53,327 nt of DNA from an uncultured archaeon (GTDB lineage: Archaea > Altiarchaeota > Altiarchaeia > JAFGQM01), in contig CAZQBY010000008.1 in assembly GCA_964592405.1 (NCBI GenBank), positions 1-53,327 of the forward strand, written 5' to 3'. A program made the position numbers and the translations under genes. Shown piece after piece: positions 45,835 through 53,327 of the stretch. Below the pieces are notes generated by a model, which saw only the letters and a program-made list of their open reading frames with translations, searched no databases and was not told where the DNA came from. Position 1 is the first letter of the stretch. The number at the start of each line of letters is the position of its first letter.

Positions 45835-47769
45835 TCATCTGGCCTCTGCAATGACTCGCAGCAGTTCAGCTACACTCCAGGCTTGGTTAATGCACCCTCT
45901 GGGGGTATGTGGCGGATCACCATCAAACGCTTCACTAATGCCTCCAATGCAGGCAGTCCACAAATGTTCCTTGAGTAGTGTCTTTACAAACTGCATAATA
46001 TCCTCCTCAGGATAAACGCGCTTGTATGCATCTACAAATGGTCCCAGCAGCCAAGGCCACACCGTCCCCTGATGGTAAGCTAGATCCCGGGTCAGTTGAT
46101 CCCCTTCCATATGTCCTTTGTACATGGGGTCTTTCACGTTCAGGGTCCTCAAACCAAATGGTGTCAGCAGTTCCTGCTTTGCTGTATCTACAACACTCTT
46201 CCACCACTTTTTGTTGAGCACCGGAAACGGCAATGAGACTGCAAACAGGGCATTTGGTCTTATGGACGGATCTCTTACCTTGTTTATGACATCAAACAGA
46301 TATCCGGTTTCACTATTCCAAAATTCCCTGTTGAAGGAGTTACTGCAGAGGATAGCTGTGTTTTTGTAGTCCTCCGGATCTTCCTTAAACCTCTTGGCTA
46401 ATCTTGAGCATATAGAGAGGGCATTAAACCAAAGGGCCTGTATCTCCACAGCCTTGCCATTTCTGGGAGTTACGGCACCATACTGCGTTACTGCATCCAT
46501 CCATGTCATAGGAAGTTCAGATTCTGACTCTATCAGGCCATCATCTCCCATCATGTTTTTGTACTCTGCGACAATGGTTTTCATCCCATCCCACAGATGC
46601 GTCCCTACAAATGAATAGTCGTTGGTATATTCAAGGTATTTCCAAACTGACCAGAAGAACCAAAGAGAGGTATCCAGTGAGTTGATGTTCTTGCCATCAA
46701 CAAAGTTATTTGGTATCATCCCTTTCTCGGCCTGATTCAGGAGATTGACCAGTATGGACTCTGCTTCGTCTTTTCTACCGTTTGTGAGGCATAGTCCCGG
46801 CAGGCTTATGAGTGAGTCCCTGCCCCACTCACCAAACCATGGATATCCTGCTATTATTGCACTCAGCCTGCCCTTCTCTATTATAAAATCATCAGATGCC
46901 TTAATAAGCTGTGTAATATTTTTTGACTCTTTCATACCCCCGTGTTTAAAGAAATCCTCAGCAAGCCTCTGCCGTCTTTTAGCTTCAGTCTCCATGAGAT
47001 ATGATGGTGATTCCAGCAACTCCTTGCATTTTTCCAGAGCAGTTCTTGCAGCCATGTCAGCACACAGGATGATGTAAAATTCATCCCCCTTCTTTATGTC
47101 AGCATCTAGCCGTGCTCCAATGAAAACATCCTCCAAACAGAGATATCCTCGGGCATACTCTTCCCTGTAGAAAAGCCCCCGGACCAGACAATCATCATAA
47201 GGGGGCTTTCGGAATTTGCCTATTGTGGAACTGGCGCATATTGTTGGCGGATCGTCGTGTGTTGGTGTCATCACAGCGATCCCGTCATTGATGTCAAAGG
47301 TAAATCTCCAGCTGGGATCCCTAAGAACCTCGTGATGATTTCGGCTTGTCACTAGGATATTGGCTCCAAAAGTTAGCTTACCCGGACTGTCCTTCAGCCG
47401 GTAGCCTACAACCACAGCGTTTAGTCCTCTTGGCATAAAGATTCTCTTCTGTAGGACCAAGCTTTCAAATTCATACATAAATGTTGGGTGATCACCATCC
47501 GAAAACGCCTTTAGCAGAAACGGGTTTTCTGGCTCGGTATCACCCCAATACTGGTTCAGAGACAGGTTATATCTTTTGCCTCCAAAGCTTACTTCCTCCT
47601 CTATCTTGGGCACGAGCATACGCCTGTCCTCTGGCGAAAATGCGGCTATCAAAAGACCGTGATACTTCCTTGTGTTTAGACCTGTAACAGTGGATGATGA
47701 ATAACCTCCAAGGGCATTCGTCAGTAACCATTCCCGCCCGTCTCGCCAGGACAGGTTGCTTATTTCCAT
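45835..47769 (-). CDS. Glycogen debranching enzyme (amylo-alpha-1,6-glucosidase, archaeal type)
   Basis: REWLLTN.LGGY, TRKYHGLL, IAGYPWF..WGRD, TWMDA, YHQGTVWPWL, QAWSVAE; start set at 47769. Confidence 0.93.
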   Translation of the reverse strand: MEISNLSWRDGREWLLTNALGGYSSSTVTGLNTRKYHGLLIAAFSPEDRRMLVPKIEEEVSFGGKRYNLSLNQYWGDTEPENPFLLKAFSDGDHPTFMYEFESLVLQKRIFMPRGLNAVVVGYRLKDSPGKLTFGANILVTSRNHHEVLRDPSWRFTFDINDGIAVMTPTHDDPPTICASSTIGKFRKPPYDDCLVRGLFYREEYARGYLCLEDVFIGARLDADIKKGDEFYIILCADMAARTALEKCKELLESPSYLMETEAKRRQRLAEDFFKHGGMKESKNITQLIKASDDFIIEKGRLSAIIAGYPWFGEWGRDSLISLPGLCLTNGRKDEAESILVNLLNQAEKGMIPNNFVDGKNINSLDTSLWFFWSVWKYLEYTNDYSFVGTHLWDGMKTIVAEYKNMMGDDGLIESESELPMTWMDAVTQYGAVTPRNGKAVEIQALWFNALSICSRLAKRFKEDPEDYKNTAILCSNSFNREFWNSETGYLFDVINKVRDPSIRPNALFAVSLPFPVLNKKWWKSVVDTAKQELLTPFGLRTLNVKDPMYKGHMEGDQLTRDLAYHQGTVWPWLLGPFVDAYKRVYPEEDIMQFVKTLLKEHLWTACIGGISEAFDGDPPHTPRGCINQAWSVAELLRVIAEAR

Positions 47770-47948
47770 CAGATAATTCACTGAGCAGACAAGATAAACT
47801 TTTAATACCTTCTTTCCACAGCTACCACTACGAAGTGGGAACAAAATCAGCTGTTGATTTTTTGCGATTCTCCGGTTTGGACGGAAAAGATTTTATTGAG
47901 AATGACATTAATCTAACACAAATCCCACAGATTTGAAAAGGAGGAAAA

Positions 47949-48419
47949 ATGATAAAAGATCCAAGCAGGTACTTTTATGTATGTGATGGTAGCATTTTGA
48001 AGGGGTTAGCAGATCTGCGAAAGGCTCTCAAGACAATGTCGGATGAGGTCTACTATTACCATGCGGAAAGAAACGATTTCGCCAACTGGATTGCAGGAGT
48101 CATTAGGAACAAAAAACTTGCGGCAAAACTCGAAGGGGCTGACAGAAAAAGGGCTGCAAGGCTTGTGAGTGCAGCCAGCAGGAGTGCCGCCAAGCTCAGG
48201 AAAAAGCCCACAAAAAAGAAGCTCAAAAAGAAAGTGAAGAAGCCAGCCGGGAAGACCAAGAAGAAACCCATGAAAAAGCCAGCCAGAAAGACTTCCAAAA
48301 AGAAAGCGAAGAAGCCTGCATCCAAGAAGGCCCCAAGGATGTCTGCGAAAAAGAAGCCCAAAAAGAAAGCCGGGAAGAAGTCAGCTAGGAAGAGCAAGAA
48401 GAAGCCAAGGAAGGGCTAG
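47949..48419 (+). CDS. DUF5752-like domain fused to a histone H1-like Lys/Ala/Pro-rich tail
   Basis: N-terminal F.V.DG...L..L...YH....DFANWI..V.....LA pattern; C-terminal ~75 aa of KKP[AT].K repeats; AGGAGG RBS at 47939-47944. Confidence 0.75.
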   Translation: MIKDPSRYFYVCDGSILKGLADLRKALKTMSDEVYYYHAERNDFANWIAGVIRNKKLAAKLEGADRKRAARLVSAASRSAAKLRKKPTKKKLKKKVKKPAGKTKKKPMKKPARKTSKKKAKKPASKKAPRMSAKKKPKKKAGKKSARKSKKKPRKG

Positions 48420-48512
48420 TCAGTACTTCTCTGCAACCCAAGCGGACGAAAACCATCCCGGATTGATGTGCTGTGCCTATCCTTTTTAATCCCTGCAGGC
48501 ATAAACTATCCT

Positions 48513-49418
48513 ATGGGCCGGATAAGAAAGGACTTTTTGCTTGAGAGGTATTCAATAATCTCTGAGGTCAGGGGGGCCCGTCCACAACAATACCATTACA
48601 AGACCGCAAGAGTGAAGAGCGGTCAAGTATGCTTCTTCTGCCCGGGCAATGAGCACATGACACCCCCAACAATAGATCGTTTCCCGAAGACCGGACCTTG
48701 GGAGATACGTGTCTTCAGAAACAAGTTTCCGGCCCTGAGGCCTCCACAGGGCGACCATGAGATAGTGGTTGAGACCAATATTCACAGGAAAGGCATGCAG
48801 GATCTCCCTGCAGATAAGCTCGTGCAGGTTTTCCAGATGCTCGAAAAGCGGAGACTTGCCTTGGGGAAAAAATACAAACATGTCTCAATATTCAAGAATT
48901 ATGGCAGAGAGGCAGGGGCTTCACTGCCACACTCACATATACAGATTATTGCCAGCAACATAATCCCAACAATAGTTGCGCAGGAGCAGGAAGCAGCTCG
49001 GAGATACTTCAGAAAGTGGCATCGATGCGCGTGGTGCGACGAGCTGAAGAAGCTGGACAGGAAGCGCATAGCGGCAGAGACCCACCATTCCATAGCCGTG
49101 GCGGCCAATGCCCCCCGGTTCCCCTATGAGCTCTGGCTCATGCCAAGGCGCCATTGTGGAAACTTTTCCAATCTTGATTCAGAAGAGGCCTTAGACCTCT
49201 GCCGCACACTGAAGCGCATGTTGCAAAAGCTCGGCGAGCTGGGTAAACCACCTTACAATCTGGTCTTCCACTATTCAAAGAAGACTAGAGATGACAGCTA
49301 CCACTTCCACTTAGAACTCATGCCACGGCTCTCAACCCATGCTGGCTATGAACTGGGTGATGGTGTGTATATAGTTAATGTTTCACCAGAGACAGCAGCA
49401 AGATTCTATCGTTCATAA
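48513..49418 (+). CDS. GalT-like HIT-family nucleotidyltransferase (possible NDP-glucose phosphorylase)
   Basis: R..RP, CFFCPGNE, NKFPAL, KNYG..AGASL.HSH.Q; start set at 48513. Confidence 0.88.
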   Translation: MGRIRKDFLLERYSIISEVRGARPQQYHYKTARVKSGQVCFFCPGNEHMTPPTIDRFPKTGPWEIRVFRNKFPALRPPQGDHEIVVETNIHRKGMQDLPADKLVQVFQMLEKRRLALGKKYKHVSIFKNYGREAGASLPHSHIQIIASNIIPTIVAQEQEAARRYFRKWHRCAWCDELKKLDRKRIAAETHHSIAVAANAPRFPYELWLMPRRHCGNFSNLDSEEALDLCRTLKRMLQKLGELGKPPYNLVFHYSKKTRDDSYHFHLELMPRLSTHAGYELGDGVYIVNVSPETAARFYRS

Positions 49419-50624
49419 CAGCCCCTGTAGGTCTATCCCGGTCTCGGAGCCCTGCCTTCCTGACTCTATTGCTGACATGAGCCTTTCCCAGTTTCTTTGA
49501 AATCGAAAATATTCATATTTACATCTGCTGGCCATTCTTGGAAAGTCCCACAAAAATCTCTTGAGATTTAGCATATTCTCCTTGGTGGAGTCAAAGTTTG
49601 CCAGAACAACTGATCTAGACATCAATAATAGGGTTGTCATAATGGCCCTTATCCTGATATTCTGCATAAATCTTCTGGGATAATCTGGAAGTTCTCTGAC
49701 CGATATCCCCATAGCGGATAGCTTCTGTCGTTCATACAAAAATCTAGAAACATCTCCCCTTAACTTTGACCAGTAATTAATCATATAGGACTTCTGTGTA
49801 CCGGGAGGTAAATGGATAACACCGGCATTTCTACATAGTAGAGTCTTAAAGCCAAAATATCTGGCGTTGATGGCGTAGTCTATGTCCTCGCCCCTGGGAA
49901 CTAGAGGATCAAAGGGTATCCTTTGGAAGACATCTCTCGATATTAGCATATTACCTCCAAACATCACTATAGTTTCAATTCTTTCCCTATTTTCAAGACT
50001 TCGGAGAACATAGTTTATGTCTTTGTTTTTGTTCCAGAAATGCTTCCAACAGTCAACTTCTTCATTGAGTACATATCTGCCCTTCCTATCCGTATATACG
50101 CCACCTGTTACACCAGCACCTTCTTCAATAGATGCCCTGATAAGCGTTTTCAGCACTTTGCCATCAGCTATTATCACATCATCATCAAGAAAGAAAATAG
50201 CATCGCATCCAAGTATCTGAGCTAAAAAAAGTCCCACATTCCTGACGCTGGAATAACCATGAAGTCCCATCCCTCCTTTAACCATGGGGTACCCAAGACT
50301 GCCCAGTTCCCTCTTTATATCCGCCAATCCTCTCTCAAATATTATCTTCAACTCTTTGTCCAATTTTGATTTCTCAACAAGTTTCTTTATAAACCTTTCA
50401 TATCTCGCTCTACCATGTTCAGCAGCTACCAGTATAACAATGCTGACATCAAGACCCTTGGTATCCAGTCTTCCCAGACTTGTAAGGAGCCGGGAGATGG
50501 TTTCATATCGTGGCGTCTCCGTAGGGTGGTCATACAATTCATAGGTGTGCTGGACAGCCTCCCTCTTCCGGTCGAATATCCAGTAGCTAGGTATAGCTAT
50601 CAAAACTCTCTTGAACTGGGACAT
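49413..50624 (-). CDS. GT-A fold (GT2-like) glycosyltransferase
   Basis: GYSSVRN, FLDDD (DxD), FGGNM, FDP..PRGEDID. Confidence 0.75.
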   Translation of the reverse strand: MSQFKRVLIAIPSYWIFDRKREAVQHTYELYDHPTETPRYETISRLLTSLGRLDTKGLDVSIVILVAAEHGRARYERFIKKLVEKSKLDKELKIIFERGLADIKRELGSLGYPMVKGGMGLHGYSSVRNVGLFLAQILGCDAIFFLDDDVIIADGKVLKTLIRASIEEGAGVTGGVYTDRKGRYVLNEEVDCWKHFWNKNKDINYVLRSLENRERIETIVMFGGNMLISRDVFQRIPFDPLVPRGEDIDYAINARYFGFKTLLCRNAGVIHLPPGTQKSYMINYWSKLRGDVSRFLYERQKLSAMGISVRELPDYPRRFMQNIRIRAIMTTLLLMSRSVVLANFDSTKENMLNLKRFLWDFPRMASRCKYEYFRFQRNWERLMSAIESGRQGSETGIDLQGLL

Positions 50625-50710
50625 CTTATCAGGCGTGTATTACTTATCCGATGATTAAGATAAATCCCACTACTGATTTTTTAACTATTAGATTGTAATT
50701 CTACAATATT

Positions 50711-50932
50711 ATGAAACTTGGTAAAAGGCGCGGCGATATTGTTGCAGCTCCGGTGATTGGTGGGGTAGTTGCAGTCATGGCATTCTTCATACTCTACTCT
50801 ATGGCAGGCTTCCAGAATATGGGGGGCGACATTGCCGGCATAGGTTTTGGACTGTTTCTAAGTTTGGTTATGGCAGTTATTGCCGGTGCCGTGGTCTTTG
50901 GAGAACTGATGGCTAGGGCGCTTGAAAGCTGA
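50711..50932 (+). CDS. Small two-helix membrane protein
   Basis: 73 aa, basic N-terminus plus two hydrophobic segments; fills the intergenic gap after an AT-rich promoter-like region. Confidence 0.55.
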   Translation: MKLGKRRGDIVAAPVIGGVVAVMAFFILYSMAGFQNMGGDIAGIGFGLFLSLVMAVIAGAVVFGELMARALES

Positions 50933-51004
50933 TCCTCACAAACCGGTCTTTTTAAGCAACCAACCTCTAACCTAAAGATATTTTTATGTCAGGGGGGCTG
51001 AAAG

Positions 51005-51988
51005 ATGGCTAAGATTTACTACGAAAAGGATGCGAACCTGGATGTTCTCAAAGATAAGACAGTTGCAATAATAGGCTATGGTAATCAGGGTCATGCACAG
51101 GCCCTGAACCTTAGGGACAGTGGGGTGAATGTCATAGTAGGATTGGTTAGGGATCCCTCATGGACCATAGCTGAAAAAGCAGGTTTTGAAGTCATGCCTA
51201 TCGCAGAGGCCGCAAAGAAGGGCGATATTGTCCACATACTAATACCAGATGAAGTGCAGGCCGATGTCTACAAGGAGCACATAGAGCCTAATCTGGAGGA
51301 AGGAAATGCCCTTTCATTCAGCCACGGTTTCAATATACGTTTCAAACAGATAATCCCCCCGAAGAACGTGGATGTGTTCATGGTCGCTCCCAAGGGTCCG
51401 GGGCACCGTGTCAGGGAGGTCTATGAAGGAGGATTTGGCGTCCCGGCACTTGTGGCCGTTGAACAGGATTATACTGGCAAAGCCAAGGATATTGCTCTGG
51501 CATTCGCAAAAGGCATAGGTGCTACGAGGGCGGGGGTCATAGAGACGACCTTTGACGAGGAGACCGAGACTGATTTATTCGGCGAGCAGGTGGACTTGTG
51601 CGGCGGTGTCAGTGAGATGATACTCGCCAGTTTTGAGACACTGGTAAAAAACGGCTACCAGCCGGAGATTGCCTATTTCGAGGTACTGCACGAGCTAAAG
51701 CTCATCACTGACCTCATCCAGGAGGGCGGTCTCGAGAACATGTGGGCAAAGGTCTCCAACACAGCGGAATATGGCGGCCGGACACGAGGAAAGCTGATAA
51801 TTAATGAGGAATCGCGCAGGAATATGCAGAAAATACTGGATGATATCAGATCCGGCAAGTTTGCTGAGGAATGGATAAACGAACGAAAAGCAGGATTGCC
51901 CACACTCACCAAGTTGCGTGAGGAGGGCAGGAGCCACCAGATAGAAAAGGTGGGTGCAGAATTGCGTAAGATGTTTGAGAAGAGGTGA
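51005..51988 (+). CDS. ilvC: Ketol-acid reductoisomerase (short form)
   Basis: [50 protein letters not shown]. Confidence 0.97.
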   Translation: MAKIYYEKDANLDVLKDKTVAIIGYGNQGHAQALNLRDSGVNVIVGLVRDPSWTIAEKAGFEVMPIAEAAKKGDIVHILIPDEVQADVYKEHIEPNLEEGNALSFSHGFNIRFKQIIPPKNVDVFMVAPKGPGHRVREVYEGGFGVPALVAVEQDYTGKAKDIALAFAKGIGATRAGVIETTFDEETETDLFGEQVDLCGGVSEMILASFETLVKNGYQPEIAYFEVLHELKLITDLIQEGGLENMWAKVSNTAEYGGRTRGKLIINEESRRNMQKILDDIRSGKFAEEWINERKAGLPTLTKLREEGRSHQIEKVGAELRKMFEKR

Positions 51989-52131
51989 GTCCCTCTTCCA
52001 TCTTTTGCCATTTTCTTGTTTCTCTCTCTGAGGCGGGCTTGGGAAACAAAAGGAGGAAAGCCCCCATTTAGGCAGTTTTTTATTACGCTGACAACAAACT
52101 ATAGACTTCTGACTGATTCGTTCTTCACAAA

Positions 52132-53327
52132 ATGCGACCTATGACAATAGCGGAGAAGATAATAGCAGCACACTCTGGCAGGGATAGCGTGAAGCCCGGA
52201 GATCTGGTTGAGATAAGCCTGGACAGGATACTGTGCCATGAGGTTACAACACCGCCAGCAATCTCGGCACTGGAGAAGATGGGCATGGACTGCATCTTCG
52301 ACCCGGACAAGATAATCGTGACACCGGACCACTTCGTCCCGGCCAAGGATGAGAAGTCCGCCATGCTGGCAAAACGGCTGCGGGAGTGGGTCCAGAGGCA
52401 TGGAATAAAGAACTACTACGAGATAGGTCGCCACGGCATCTGCCACACCATAATGCTGGAGCAGGGTCATGTGGCCCCCGGAATGACTGTTGTGGCAGGC
52501 GACAGCCACACATGCACCCATGGAGTGGTTGGGGCTTTTGCCTATGGCATAGGATCTACAGAACTGGCTGCAGCAATAGCCATGGGCAGGATTTGGCTGA
52601 GGGTGCCGGAGACCATCAAGATAAATGTGAACGGAAAGTTGGGGAAAGGCGTCTACTCAAAGGACGTCATGCTGTATATCATCTCCAAGCTGGGTGTGGA
52701 TGGGGCCACAGACATGGTCATAGAATTTGATGGGAATGTAATACGTGATATGGATGTAGAGGACAGGGTTGTCTTCTCTAATATGGCTGTAGAAGCCGGA
52801 GCTACCTCAGGGATAATCAGCCCGGACGAGAAGACCCTTGAATACATCAGGGCTAGGGGAGTGAAGGATTTTACAGTCTACAAGGCTGATGAGGAGGTAC
52901 AGTATCATAAAATCTATGACTTTGATGTCTCCAAGCTGGAGCCGATGGTGGGCGTGCCGCCGCTGCCATCAAATGTCAGGCCGGTCAGCGAGCTGGGCGA
53001 TGTCAGGGTGGACCAGATAGTCATAGGCTCATGCACCAACGGCAGGATAAGGGATCTACGTGAGGCAGCCAAGGTCATGAAGGGAAGCAAGGTAAAAGAC
53101 TACGTCAGAATGATTGTCATACCTGCGACTACTGAGATATGGAAGCAGGCGGACAGAGAGGGTCTGTTCAAGATATTTACAGATGCGGGCGCAACAATAT
53201 CCACACCTACATGCGGTCCCTGCTTGGGCGGGCACATGGGCGTGCTGGCGGCAGGCGAGACCTGCATAGCCTCGACCAACCGCAACTTCGTGGGGCGCAT
53301 GGGCTCGCCGAAGTCCTCGGTCTTCAT
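52132..53327 (+). CDS. leuC: 3-isopropylmalate dehydratase/aconitase-family large subunit (truncated by window edge)
   Basis: Open frame MRPMTIAEKI..., DHFVP, GICH, DSHTCT.G, IGSCTNGR, CGPCLG, STNRNF.GRMG; not in the ORF track because no stop falls within the window; start may be 52141. Confidence 0.92.
   Translation, partial: MRPMTIAEKIIAAHSGRDSVKPGDLVEISLDRILCHEVTTPPAISALEKMGMDCIFDPDKIIVTPDHFVPAKDEKSAMLAKRLREWVQRHGIKNYYEIGRHGICHTIMLEQGHVAPGMTVVAGDSHTCTHGVVGAFAYGIGSTELAAAIAMGRIWLRVPETIKINVNGKLGKGVYSKDVMLYIISKLGVDGATDMVIEFDGNVIRDMDVEDRVVFSNMAVEAGATSGIISPDEKTLEYIRARGVKDFTVYKADEEVQYHKIYDFDVSKLEPMVGVPPLPSNVRPVSELGDVRVDQIVIGSCTNGRIRDLREAAKVMKGSKVKDYVRMIVIPATTEIWKQADREGLFKIFTDAGATISTPTCGPCLGGHMGVLAAGETCIASTNRNFVGRMGSPKSSVF

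Noticed and set aside
48056-48397. Phe-rich 113-aa 'membrane protein' on the minus strand
   Set aside because: Antisense reading of the AAG/AAA Lys codons of the H1-like tail

Overview
Archaeal chromosomal window, shown by uL16/eL21/eL37, Rpo4, TFE, Trm56, RadB, Cdc48, NAC and a class I LysRS; the finer lineage cannot be fixed from sequence alone. Layout: (1) ~1-6.6 kb, an AT-rich mosaic surface-glycan island (GT4s, two SAM methyltransferases, a CDP-alcohol phosphotransferase, a flippase, several gene stumps) that also carries a highly divergent RtcB-fold protein; (2) a ugd-galU-uxs nucleotide-sugar operon, a second SDR epimerase and a decayed GT2; (3) housekeeping genes: a P2A Ca2+-ATPase, rpl21e-rpo4-DUF655, a complete DapL-type lysine pathway split into two operons, ino1 plus an inositol-lipid synthase, cdc48 followed by a degenerate FtsZ/tubulin-family gene and a membrane-anchored surface protein, radB, lysS, trm56-tfe-HD, rpl37e (absent from the ORF track), ftsY, thpR, nac, glmS and nadA; (4) ~41.5-50.6 kb, an alpha-glucan/glycogen locus (GT4, GH57, GT3 synthase, debranching enzyme, GalT-like protein, and a DUF5752-like domain fused to a histone-H1-like tail); (5) ilvC and a truncated leuC. 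The best candidates for novelty are the RtcB-like enzyme in the glycan island, the H1-tailed glycogen-locus protein, the FtsZ-like/surface-protein pair, a structured RNA candidate at 14.7 kb, and a 56-bp perfect identity between the D1 and D2 Walker A regions of cdc48. All family calls come from motifs read by eye; no database searches were run.
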